NCBI GenBank assembly: GCA_035635635.1
Contig: DASQAS010000056.1
Location: forward strand, 18,666 to 82,665
Reading direction: 5' to 3'
DNA: 64,000 nucleotides
DNA from: Myxococcales bacterium
Lineage (GTDB): Bacteria; Myxococcota; Myxococcia; Myxococcales; 40CM-4-68-19
In this document: one piece after another, positions 27,554 through 35,687 of the stretch
Numbering within the stretch: position 1 is the first letter of the stretch
Layout of the letters: the number at the start of each line of letters is the position of its first letter
Notes under the pieces: generated by a model
Seen by the model: only the letters and a program-made list of their open reading frames with translations
Database searches by the model: none
What the model was told of the DNA's origin: nothing
Program-made: the position numbers and the translations under genes

Positions 27554-28872
27554 GAAAGAACTACGTCCTCGACACCAACGTCCTGCTCCACGACCCGCGC
27601 GCTCTCTTCCAGTTCAAAGACAACAACGTCATCATCCCCATTTACGTCGTCGAGGAGATCGACAAGTTCAAGCGCGATCTCTCGGAGCTGGGGCGGAACG
27701 CGCGCCAGGTCTCGCGCGACCTGGACTCCTTCCGGAAGGAGAACGGCAGCCTGACCGAAGGCGTCCCGCTGGAGAGCGGCGGGATTTTGCGCGTGCTCTT
27801 CACGCAGCGCGAGCTGCCGCGCGAGCTGATGAACCAGCACGTGGCCGACAACCGCATCCTCGCGCTGGCATTGGACGTCAAGGAGCGGGAGCCGAATCTG
27901 CGTTGCGTGTTCGTCACCAAGGACATCAACCTGCGCATCCGCGCCGACGCTCTAGGGCTCGTCACCGAGGACTACGAGAACGACAAGATCCAGAACCCCG
28001 AGGTCTACATGGGGGTGCGCGAGCTGGAGGTGGGCAAGGGGGACATCGACGACTTCTACGCGCGCGGCGAGCTGACTCCGCCCGAGGGGATCAACGGCGT
28101 CTACCCGAACGAGTTCGCGCTGCTCAAGGACCGCAACGCGCCAAACCACACCGCGCTGAGCAAGTACAACGCGCAGAAGGGGCGGTTCGTCCCGCTGCTC
28201 AAGTCGCTCAAGGAGGGCGCCTGGGGCCTGCGGCCGCGCAACAAGGAGCAGAGCTTCGCGCTCGACCTGTTGCTCAACGACGAGATCAAGCTGGTCACCA
28301 TCGTGGGCAAGGCTGGCACCGGCAAGACGCTGCTCGCCATCGCGGCCGGCCTGCAGAAGACGATGGAGGAGCAGGTCTACCAGAAGATGCTGGTGAGCCG
28401 GCCCGTGTTTCCCCTGGGCAAGGACATCGGTTTCTTGCCCGGTACCGTGGAGGAGAAGCTCAATCCCTGGATGCAGCCCATCTACGACAACGTCGAGTTC
28501 CTGATGGGGCTGTCGCGCGCGGACAAGAAAGCGGGGCGCAGCTACCGGGAGCTGATCGATCTGGGGCTGGTGGCGATCGAGCCGCTCACGTACATCCGCG
28601 GGCGCAGCATCCCCAACCAGTACATCGTGGTGGACGAGGCGCAGAACCTCACGCCGCACGAGGTGAAGACGATCATCACTCGCGTGGGCGACAACACGAA
28701 GATCGTGCTGACGGGCGACCCGTACCAGATCGACAATCCATACGTGGACTCGACCAGCAACGGCCTGGTCCACGTGGTGAACAAGTTCAAGCACGAGCGC
28801 CTGGCCGGCCACATCACGCTCACCAAGGGCGAGCGCTCGGCGCTGGCGGAGCTTGCCTCCAACGTGTTGTGA
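27550..28872 (+). CDS. PhoH-family ATPase with an N-terminal PIN domain (YlaK-like)
   Basis: TTG at 27550 overlaps the upstream TGA. The PIN region is YVLDTNVLLHDP...VIIPIYVVEEID...NRILALA...VFVTKDINLRIRA. Walker A is GKAGTGKT, followed by IVVDEAQN and GDPYQID. Only the tail of ORF 24403..28872 is accepted. Confidence 0.9.
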   Translation: MRKNYVLDTNVLLHDPRALFQFKDNNVIIPIYVVEEIDKFKRDLSELGRNARQVSRDLDSFRKENGSLTEGVPLESGGILRVLFTQRELPRELMNQHVADNRILALALDVKEREPNLRCVFVTKDINLRIRADALGLVTEDYENDKIQNPEVYMGVRELEVGKGDIDDFYARGELTPPEGINGVYPNEFALLKDRNAPNHTALSKYNAQKGRFVPLLKSLKEGAWGLRPRNKEQSFALDLLLNDEIKLVTIVGKAGTGKTLLAIAAGLQKTMEEQVYQKMLVSRPVFPLGKDIGFLPGTVEEKLNPWMQPIYDNVEFLMGLSRADKKAGRSYRELIDLGLVAIEPLTYIRGRSIPNQYIVVDEAQNLTPHEVKTIITRVGDNTKIVLTGDPYQIDNPYVDSTSNGLVHVVNKFKHERLAGHITLTKGERSALAELASNVL

Positions 28873-29003
28873 GAGCGTCCACACCGCGGCCAGCTTTCTG
28901 GCTGAAGGCCCACGTTCTGGCCCGTGGAATCCTGCACTGAACCTGTAACATCAGGGAAAAACATGGCCGAATTGCGGCACGCGGCTTGAAGGCCTCTCCC
29001 CGG

Positions 29004-29639
29004 ATGCCATCCGCAAATTTCGTCTTCCCCGTGCGCTACGTTTCTGAGGGGGTGGCCGTCCAGAGCACCTCGCGAGAGCTGAGCCCGTTGGGGATCGCCG
29101 TCCGCTCGCTCACCCCGCCCCCGGTCGGGGCGAGGGTCTCGATGGCGCTGTACCTGCCGAACACGTCGGTGCCCGAGGTGGCGATCGGCCGCGTGGCGCG
29201 CGCCAGGGCCGATAGCCCGGCGGAGTCGGGCTTCTGGGCGGACTTCATCGTGGTCGACCCGCAGGCCCGCATGCGCATCTCACACCTGCTATCGGATCGC
29301 GATCAGGAAGAGGCGAACAAGCGAGGCTTTCCGCGGCACGAGGTGACCCTGGCCGTCCGCTTCCGCAGCGCGCGCGAGTTCGTCCTCGAGCACGCCAGCA
29401 ACATGAGCCGCGGCGGCATCTTCATCCAGACGGACGATCCGCCCCCGCTGGAGACGGTGGTGCAGGTCGAGCTGCAGCTTCCCGACGACCCCCAGCCGGT
29501 GAGCTCCAGCGGGATCGTGGTGCACCGTCAGCTCGCGGTGGGAGGGAAGACGCCCGGCGTGGGCGTGCAGTTCGTCGATGCCAGCGACGCCTTCCGGGAG
29601 CGGATCGATCGGTACATGGATTCGCTGGTGAAGCAGTAG
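29004..29639 (+). CDS. PilZ domain protein (two PilZ-like modules)
   Basis: Module 2 reads RGFPRHEVTLAVRFRS...NMSRGGIFIQTDDPP...GVGVQF, the RxxxR...D/NxSxxG c-di-GMP binding signature. Module 1 is more degenerate (FVFPVRYV...LSPLGIAVRS). An alternative TTG start lies at 28986. Confidence 0.8.
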   Translation: MPSANFVFPVRYVSEGVAVQSTSRELSPLGIAVRSLTPPPVGARVSMALYLPNTSVPEVAIGRVARARADSPAESGFWADFIVVDPQARMRISHLLSDRDQEEANKRGFPRHEVTLAVRFRSAREFVLEHASNMSRGGIFIQTDDPPPLETVVQVELQLPDDPQPVSSSGIVVHRQLAVGGKTPGVGVQFVDASDAFRERIDRYMDSLVKQ

Positions 29640-29699
29640 CGGGCCCTGGAACGCATCCCATTCTGCACTCGCCCCGGGGCGTGTTGCGCGGTGTCGCGA

Positions 29700-30773
29700 C
29701 TACCCGCGCGCCCGGAAGTCGAGCAGCTCGAGCGGCCGCTCCGCCATCTCCAGGGCGATCTCGCGCCGCCAGCCCTCGGCGTCGCCGCCGACCTGGAGGG
29801 GCATGTCCCGATCGAACTTGATCAGGACCTTGTCGCAGTGGAAGTCGTAGATGCCCGAGGGCGGCAGGCCACCGCGCCAGAGCGTGCGCAAGTTGGCGAG
29901 GATCTTCGGGATGCCGATGGCGGTGAGGCGGAGCTGGAAGCGGCCCGGGGCGTGCAGCGCGTAGGGGAAGGCCTGGAACCCGAATCCGTAGTTCGGCACC
30001 GTGCTCGCCGCCGCGATCTTGCACGGGCCCTTGTAGAGGATTTCGCCGCGCTCGACGTCGCGGCCGACCCGATTGCCGTCGGGGCCGAGCCGCTGCGCGC
30101 GGCCGCCCAGGTTGATCACCTCGACGTTGGGAACGCCGCACTGGAACAGGTAGGAGGGGAGCGTCTTGCCGACCACCGAGCAGAAGTAGCCGAAGCCGCC
30201 GGGCCCGAAGTGGTCCTTGATGCTCACGTAGTCGTTGAGGATGGCCGCGTCGATGCCCAGGCCGGCGAAGGGCGCGCGCTTGCCTTCCCAGGAGAGCAGA
30301 TGCAGCGGACGGACGACGGAGACCTCGCCCGACCGCGCGCGGAGGATGTCCTCCACCACGCCGAGGCGGCGGCCGCTCGCACCCGCGAAGTCGGCCAGTG
30401 CATTTCCGGTCCCCAGCTTCAACACGCCGAACCGGGGAAGATCCACGGCGTGCGCGGGGACCGGGAGCAGTTTGTAGGCGCCGCGCAGCGCGCCCACTCC
30501 GGGCTGCTGGGCCTGCTCGAAGAAGCAGTTCACGTAGCCTACGAAGGTGCCGTCGCCGCCGCCGGTGAGGATGGTGCGGTAGCGCTTGTCGAGCACCTGC
30601 CGCGCGATCAGCCGGGCGTCGTCGAAGCAGCGCGAGTAGTAGAGATCCTCGGGGGGCACGAAGTTCTCGAGCTCCCGCTTGAGGCCGTCGGAGACGCTCC
30701 TCGCGTTGGCGTTGAGGAGGACGGCGACGCGCTCGGCGCTGCGGATTGGAAGGAGACGCTCGACGTTGCCCAT
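29700..30773 (-). CDS. Diacylglycerol/lipid kinase catalytic-domain protein (DAGK_cat family)
   Basis: The product contains VAVLLNANARS...ILTGGGDGTF (the GGDGT motif)...LKLGTGNALA, typical of the DAGK/YegS/NAD-kinase-like fold. It is 357 aa. Confidence 0.8.
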   Translation of the reverse strand: MGNVERLLPIRSAERVAVLLNANARSVSDGLKRELENFVPPEDLYYSRCFDDARLIARQVLDKRYRTILTGGGDGTFVGYVNCFFEQAQQPGVGALRGAYKLLPVPAHAVDLPRFGVLKLGTGNALADFAGASGRRLGVVEDILRARSGEVSVVRPLHLLSWEGKRAPFAGLGIDAAILNDYVSIKDHFGPGGFGYFCSVVGKTLPSYLFQCGVPNVEVINLGGRAQRLGPDGNRVGRDVERGEILYKGPCKIAAASTVPNYGFGFQAFPYALHAPGRFQLRLTAIGIPKILANLRTLWRGGLPPSGIYDFHCDKVLIKFDRDMPLQVGGDAEGWRREIALEMAERPLELLDFRARG

Positions 30774-30998
30774 CAGGAGGTAGTCAGTAGCAAACGGAAG
30801 GCCGGGACCGCTGCGGCGCGTTACAGGTCACAAATCGGAAACAATCTCGACACTTGGATGTATTGCAGGTAATCCCGACACCCACATGCCTCCGCGTACC
30901 AGCGGTGGCGGTGCGAACAGCGCTACGCAGATCACCTTTGCTCTTGGCGACCTGCTTTGCACAGCGTAAACAGGGCGTTTCATCCTGGAGGCTCTTGC

Positions 30999-31886
30999 AT
31001 GAAGGTCTTCCTGACGGGCGGTAGCGGGTACATCGGATCGGCGGTCGCGCTCGCCCTGAAGAAGGCGGGTCACGACGTGCTCGCGCTCGTTCGCTCGGAG
31101 GCCAAGGGGGAGGCCCTCAAGAAGGCCGGGGTGAAGCTCGCCGTCGGGGAGCTCGGCAATCCGGCCGGATACGCCGGGTCCGCCTGGGGCCGGGCGGCGT
31201 TCGTGAACCTGGCGCAGGAGTACAGTCCCGCCGGTCCCGAGCTCGACCAGAAGACCATCGGCAGCGCGCGGGATCTGCTGCGCGGCCAGGTGGGCGCGAC
31301 CTTCATCTATACGAGCGGGTGCTGGGTGCAGGGCGCCACCGAGGGCATGGCCGACGAGAGCACGACCCTGAAGCCCCCGCGCGCGGTGACCTGGCGGCCG
31401 GCGCACGAGCAGGCCGCGCTGGAGATGGCGAAGGACGGGATCCGCTCGGCGGTGATCCGCCCAGGCGTCGTCTACGGAGGCGCGCACGGTGGAATTCCGG
31501 CGATGTTCTTCGGCACCGCGCTGAAGCACGGGGCCGCGCACACGGTCGGTCCGGGTGACAACCACTGGCCGCTGGTGCACCTGGACGATCTGGCCGAGCT
31601 GTACGTGCGGCTGGTGGAGCGCGCGCCGGCGGGCTCGGTCTACTACGCGACCGACGCCTCGCGGCTCACGCAGCGCGAGATCGCGGAGGCCGCCTCGCGC
31701 GCGGCGGGCAAGGACGGAAAGGTCCAGGCGCAGCAGCCGGACGGAAGCCCGTACCAAGAGGCTCTCATGCTCGATCAGCAGATCTCGAGCGAGAAGGTGC
31801 GCAACGACCTCGACTGGCGGCCGCGGCACGAGAGCTTCGCCGCGGAGGCGTCGGCGCTGTTCAAGCTCTGGCACGACGCAAGGTAA
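30999..31886 (+). CDS. NAD(P)-dependent epimerase/dehydratase-family (extended SDR) protein
   Basis: The ATG at 30999 gives MKVFLTGGSGYIGSAVALALKKAGHDVLALVR, a Rossmann TGxxGxxG motif. The upstream part of ORF 30957..31886 is not needed. Confidence 0.85.
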   Translation: MKVFLTGGSGYIGSAVALALKKAGHDVLALVRSEAKGEALKKAGVKLAVGELGNPAGYAGSAWGRAAFVNLAQEYSPAGPELDQKTIGSARDLLRGQVGATFIYTSGCWVQGATEGMADESTTLKPPRAVTWRPAHEQAALEMAKDGIRSAVIRPGVVYGGAHGGIPAMFFGTALKHGAAHTVGPGDNHWPLVHLDDLAELYVRLVERAPAGSVYYATDASRLTQREIAEAASRAAGKDGKVQAQQPDGSPYQEALMLDQQISSEKVRNDLDWRPRHESFAAEASALFKLWHDAR

Positions 31887-31916
31887 GCGAGCTCCCGACG
31901 TGATCGGGTCGGGCCC

Positions 31917-33464
31917 CTAAGCCTTCGCCGGTTCGCCCGCCGGAGCAATCGCGTCCAGCAGCGCGCGGTCCGCCTGGATCGCCACCCTCTGCGAATAGAG
32001 CTGCAGGCCGCGCAGCCCGCCCAGCTCCTCGCCTCCTCCCGCGTGGCCGGGCCCGCCGTGCAGGAGCTGCGGCAGCACCGTCCCCGGCCCCAGCGTCTGC
32101 CCCGCCACCTTCTCGCTGCCGACGTAGATGCGCCCGTGGTACGGCGCGATCGCCAGCACGCACTCGCGCAGGAAGTCGCGGTCGTCGCTGTACACGGAGC
32201 AGACCAGCCCGCCTCCTCCCTTGCGCACCAGCTCCGCGGGCGAGGACGCCGGCGCGAGCGTCGCCACCGGCCCGAACACCTCGTCCTTGTGCATCACCTT
32301 CGCGCCCCCGGGGTCGCGCGAGAGCATCAGCACCGGGCTGACGAAGTACCCCTTGCCCTCGGGCGCGAGCGGCTTCACGCTGCCGTCGCCTCCGAACACC
32401 GGCTGCGCTTCCGAGGTCAGCTTCGCGATTCCCGCGCGCACGTCGCGGAGCTGGTCGGAGGTGCTCAGCGGGCCCATCGAGACTTCGGCGCGCGCCGGGT
32501 CGCCGACGCGCACCTGCCCCAGCCGATCGATCAGCGCGTCCTGCGCGGCCGCCAGGTGATCGCCGGCGACGAAGATGCGGCGCACGGCGGTGCACTTCTG
32601 GCCCGCCTTCTGGGTCATGTCGCGGACGACGTCCTGGACGAAGAGGTCCCAGGTGGCGCTGCCCGGCTGCACGTCGGGTCCGAGGACGGCTGCGTTGAGC
32701 GAGTCCGCTTCGACGTTCAGGCGCGCTCCGCGCTTCGCCAGCTGCTCCCGCAGCTTCGCGGCCGTCGTCGAGGATCCCGTGAAGGCCACCACGTCCTGCG
32801 GCCCGAGCCGATCCAGCAGATCGCCCGGCGATCCGCAAACGAACTGGAAGGTCCCCGCCGGCAAGAGGGGCGCCCCGATCTCCGCGACCCGGAAGGCGAC
32901 CAGCGCGGTGCTGGTGGCCGGCTTGCTGACGATGGGCATCCCCGCGAGCAAGGCACAGGCCGCTTTCTCCGCGGTGCCCCAGGCTGGGAAGTTGAACGCG
33001 TTGATGTGCACCGCGACGCCGTCGCGCGGGACCCAGAGGTGGATTCCGGCGTAGCGCGGCGTCCGCCCGAGCTGGACGGCTTCGCCGTCGCGCAGCGCGC
33101 GCAGCGGACCGACCTGGGCCCCCAGCTCGGCATAGTGCGCGAGGGTGCCGATGGCTCCGTCGACGTCGAACTTCGCGTCGCCGCGGGTGTTGCCGCCGTT
33201 CTGCATGGCGAGGGCGATCACCTCGTCGCGGGCGGCGTAGAGCGCCTTGCTCCAGGCCTTGAGCAGCTCTCCGCGCTGGGCGAACGTCAGCTCGCGGAGG
33301 GCGGGGCCGCCCTTCGAGCGCGCGTGCTCGAGGGCGGCGCCGAAGTCGAGGCCGAGGCTCGACGCGCGGGCGAGGGGCTCTTCGGTCGCCGGGTTGACCA
33401 GCGTCGCGAACGGCTCCTTCCCTTCGATCCACTTCCCTTCGACGTAGCTGCGCAGCGTCTTCAT
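31917..33464 (-). CDS. Aldehyde dehydrogenase, PaaN/PaaZ N-terminal-domain type
   Basis: ATG at 33464 lies inside ORF 31917..33836. The product starts [15 protein letters not shown] and contains [27 protein letters not shown] and the catalytic Cys context GQKCTAVRR, followed by a C-terminal [16 protein letters not shown]. These follow the PaaZ-type ALDH pattern as I remember it. Confidence 0.85.
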   Translation of the reverse strand: MKTLRSYVEGKWIEGKEPFATLVNPATEEPLARASSLGLDFGAALEHARSKGGPALRELTFAQRGELLKAWSKALYAARDEVIALAMQNGGNTRGDAKFDVDGAIGTLAHYAELGAQVGPLRALRDGEAVQLGRTPRYAGIHLWVPRDGVAVHINAFNFPAWGTAEKAACALLAGMPIVSKPATSTALVAFRVAEIGAPLLPAGTFQFVCGSPGDLLDRLGPQDVVAFTGSSTTAAKLREQLAKRGARLNVEADSLNAAVLGPDVQPGSATWDLFVQDVVRDMTQKAGQKCTAVRRIFVAGDHLAAAQDALIDRLGQVRVGDPARAEVSMGPLSTSDQLRDVRAGIAKLTSEAQPVFGGDGSVKPLAPEGKGYFVSPVLMLSRDPGGAKVMHKDEVFGPVATLAPASSPAELVRKGGGGLVCSVYSDDRDFLRECVLAIAPYHGRIYVGSEKVAGQTLGPGTVLPQLLHGGPGHAGGGEELGGLRGLQLYSQRVAIQADRALLDAIAPAGEPAKA

Positions 33465-33504
33465 GGGGCGGCCAGATAGCACACTCCTCGGCCGCTGCGG
33501 CAGG

Positions 33505-34950
33505 TCAGTGTGCCGGAGGCCTCTGCGGCGGAGGGTTCTCCCGCGGCGGACGCGGTGGAGGACGCGGCAAGGCCTGCGGCATCTCCGCCAGCGCATACGC
33601 CACCAGCGCGGTCGCCGCGACGTTCCTCGCCAGCTCGGCCGGATCGATCTTGTCGAACGTGTCGGCGGCGCTGTGGTGGGTGTCGAAGTAGTGCGTCCCT
33701 TCGTTGTGCACGCGCACCAGCGGGACCGACGCCGAGTCCATTGGCCCGAGGTCCGCCCCCCCCGCGTCCCCCGGTTCGAGCCGGATCCCGAGCCCTTCGA
33801 GCGGGGCGATCCAGGGATTGAGCAGCTCGCCGGCACCTTCTCCCGCCCGCAACCGGATGGAGAGCGGCCGGCCCGCGCCGCTGTCCGCCTCCAGCGCCGC
33901 CACGTGGTTGGCCAGCTCGGCCCGGTGCGCAGCCGCGTAGGCCTTCCCTCCGGCCAGGCCGTTCTCCTCGTTCATGAACAGCACCACCCGCACCGTGCGC
34001 CGCGGGCGCTGCTTCAGCGAGCCGATCAGCCGCCCGGCCTCCATCACCATCGCCACTCCGGCGCCGTCGTCGTTCGCGCCGGTCCCGAGGTCCCAGGAGT
34101 CGAGGTGGGCGCCGAGCAGCACCACCTCGTCGGGCCGCTCGCGGCCGCGCACGTCGGCGACCACGTTCGACGAGTCCGCGTCCGGCAGCATCCGGCAGCC
34201 GAGCGACAGCCGCACGCGCACCGGCCCCCGCTGCAGGAGGCGCGAGATCAGGTCCGCGTCCTCGGTGCTGATCGCCGCGGCCGGGATCTGTCCGGCGTCG
34301 GCGTCGTAGCTGGTCATGCCGGTGTGCGGCGAGCGCAGCGAGGCCGTGGCGAGCGAGCGCAAGAGGACGGCGACCGCGCCGAGCCGCGCCGCGGCGGAGG
34401 GGCCGCGGGTGCGCATCTCCACGAAGCGGCCGTAGTCGTCCGGCTTGCTCATGGCGTGGTTGAAGAAGACGATCTTCCCGCGCGCGGCAGCGCCCAGCGC
34501 GGACAGCTCCGCCAGCGACCCGGCTTGCACCACTTCGGCAGTGGCGTTTCCGCCCACGCTGTTGCCCAGCGCGGTCAGCGCGAGGCGGTGCCCGACCAGG
34601 CCGGCCGCCGGCAGGATCTCGCCGCTCTCCTCGCCGCGCACCCAGTGCGGCACCTTCACCGGCTCGAGCCGCGCGGAGAGCCCGTCCTGCTGGAGCTTCT
34701 TCAGCGCCCACTGGACGGCGGCCTCGGCCCCGGGCGATCCGGACAGGCGGGGACCGACGGTGTCGGTGAGCTCGCGCAGGCTCGCGTAGGCGACGCCGTC
34801 GGCGAGGGCGCCGCCGACGAGCTGGCGGGCGACGTCGGGTGGAACGGCGGCGGAGAGCACCAGGAGCGCGATCAGCAAGATTTCGGCCTCCTTGAAAAGA
34901 CCGGACTCTACGCCAAGGGAGGTCGGGTGCGTGCGCCAATGTGCCCACAA
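33505..34950 (-). CDS. M28-family zinc aminopeptidase (exported)
   Basis: Metal-binding contexts are [32 protein letters not shown] and a C-terminal HHSAADT. There is an N-terminal hydrophobic segment, [13 protein letters not shown]. The exact start is uncertain; a GTG about 13 codons downstream is possible. Confidence 0.85.
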   Translation of the reverse strand: MWAHWRTHPTSLGVESGLFKEAEILLIALLVLSAAVPPDVARQLVGGALADGVAYASLRELTDTVGPRLSGSPGAEAAVQWALKKLQQDGLSARLEPVKVPHWVRGEESGEILPAAGLVGHRLALTALGNSVGGNATAEVVQAGSLAELSALGAAARGKIVFFNHAMSKPDDYGRFVEMRTRGPSAAARLGAVAVLLRSLATASLRSPHTGMTSYDADAGQIPAAAISTEDADLISRLLQRGPVRVRLSLGCRMLPDADSSNVVADVRGRERPDEVVLLGAHLDSWDLGTGANDDGAGVAMVMEAGRLIGSLKQRPRRTVRVVLFMNEENGLAGGKAYAAAHRAELANHVAALEADSGAGRPLSIRLRAGEGAGELLNPWIAPLEGLGIRLEPGDAGGADLGPMDSASVPLVRVHNEGTHYFDTHHSAADTFDKIDPAELARNVAATALVAYALAEMPQALPRPPPRPPRENPPPQRPPAH

Positions 34951-35012
34951 TGTCGCGTGGCCTCGCCCGCCAACCCTGTGGTCTGTCAGGGACTAGAGAG
35001 GAGCCCTCCAAA

Positions 35013-35687
35013 ATGAAGCGAGTCCTTCTTCTTGCGTTCGTGATGGCTGCCTGCGGCGGGAGTGGATCGGGCAATACCGCCGTGGATCGCAACCGCGCCG
35101 GCACCGGCAGCGCCACTCTTCTGGTGTCCGCCACCGTGACAGTGACCAATTCCTCCACCACCCCCAGCACCGCGCTGGGCGTGGACGTGAGCGACGGCCT
35201 CAACGCCAAGGTGAGTGGCGCCACCGTGACCATCCAGAACGCGGGCCTGGGAGGCGACGTCGCGCTGACCGAAGGCACGGCGGGGTCGGGGCACTACACC
35301 GCCTCGAAGACCTCGCTGCCCTCGGGCGACTTCACCCTCTCCGTGGTGAGCGGCACGAACAAGGTGCAGGGCGTGGTTCTGGGAAGCCCCGGTGTCCACG
35401 CCATCAACGCCCCGGCCCTGAACGGGACGGTGACGGCGAACCAGCCGCTCGACGTGAGCTGGACGACGCCGGCGATGGCCAAGTCCGCGACGATCACGAC
35501 CCGCAACTACACGATCCAGGTGCCGGACACGGGCGCGTACACGATCCCGGCCGCCAACAACCCGGTCCGGACGGGCCAGCGCGTGATCATCACGCGGACC
35601 AACGAGACGGACATCGCGGGCGGGCTGCCCGGATCGAGCATCCGGGCGAGCGTGACCACCACCGTGGATCCGTTCAACGTCCAATAG
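35013..35687 (+). CDS. Lipoprotein (Ig-like/beta-rich, hypothetical)
   Basis: The ATG is preceded by GAGAGGAG. The lipobox is LLLAFVMAAC. The body is Thr/Val/Ser/Gly-rich and beta-strand-like. The 3' end overlaps the convergent Orf-J by 14 nt. Confidence 0.7.
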   Translation: MKRVLLLAFVMAACGGSGSGNTAVDRNRAGTGSATLLVSATVTVTNSSTTPSTALGVDVSDGLNAKVSGATVTIQNAGLGGDVALTEGTAGSGHYTASKTSLPSGDFTLSVVSGTNKVQGVVLGSPGVHAINAPALNGTVTANQPLDVSWTTPAMAKSATITTRNYTIQVPDTGAYTIPAANNPVRTGQRVIITRTNETDIAGGLPGSSIRASVTTTVDPFNVQ

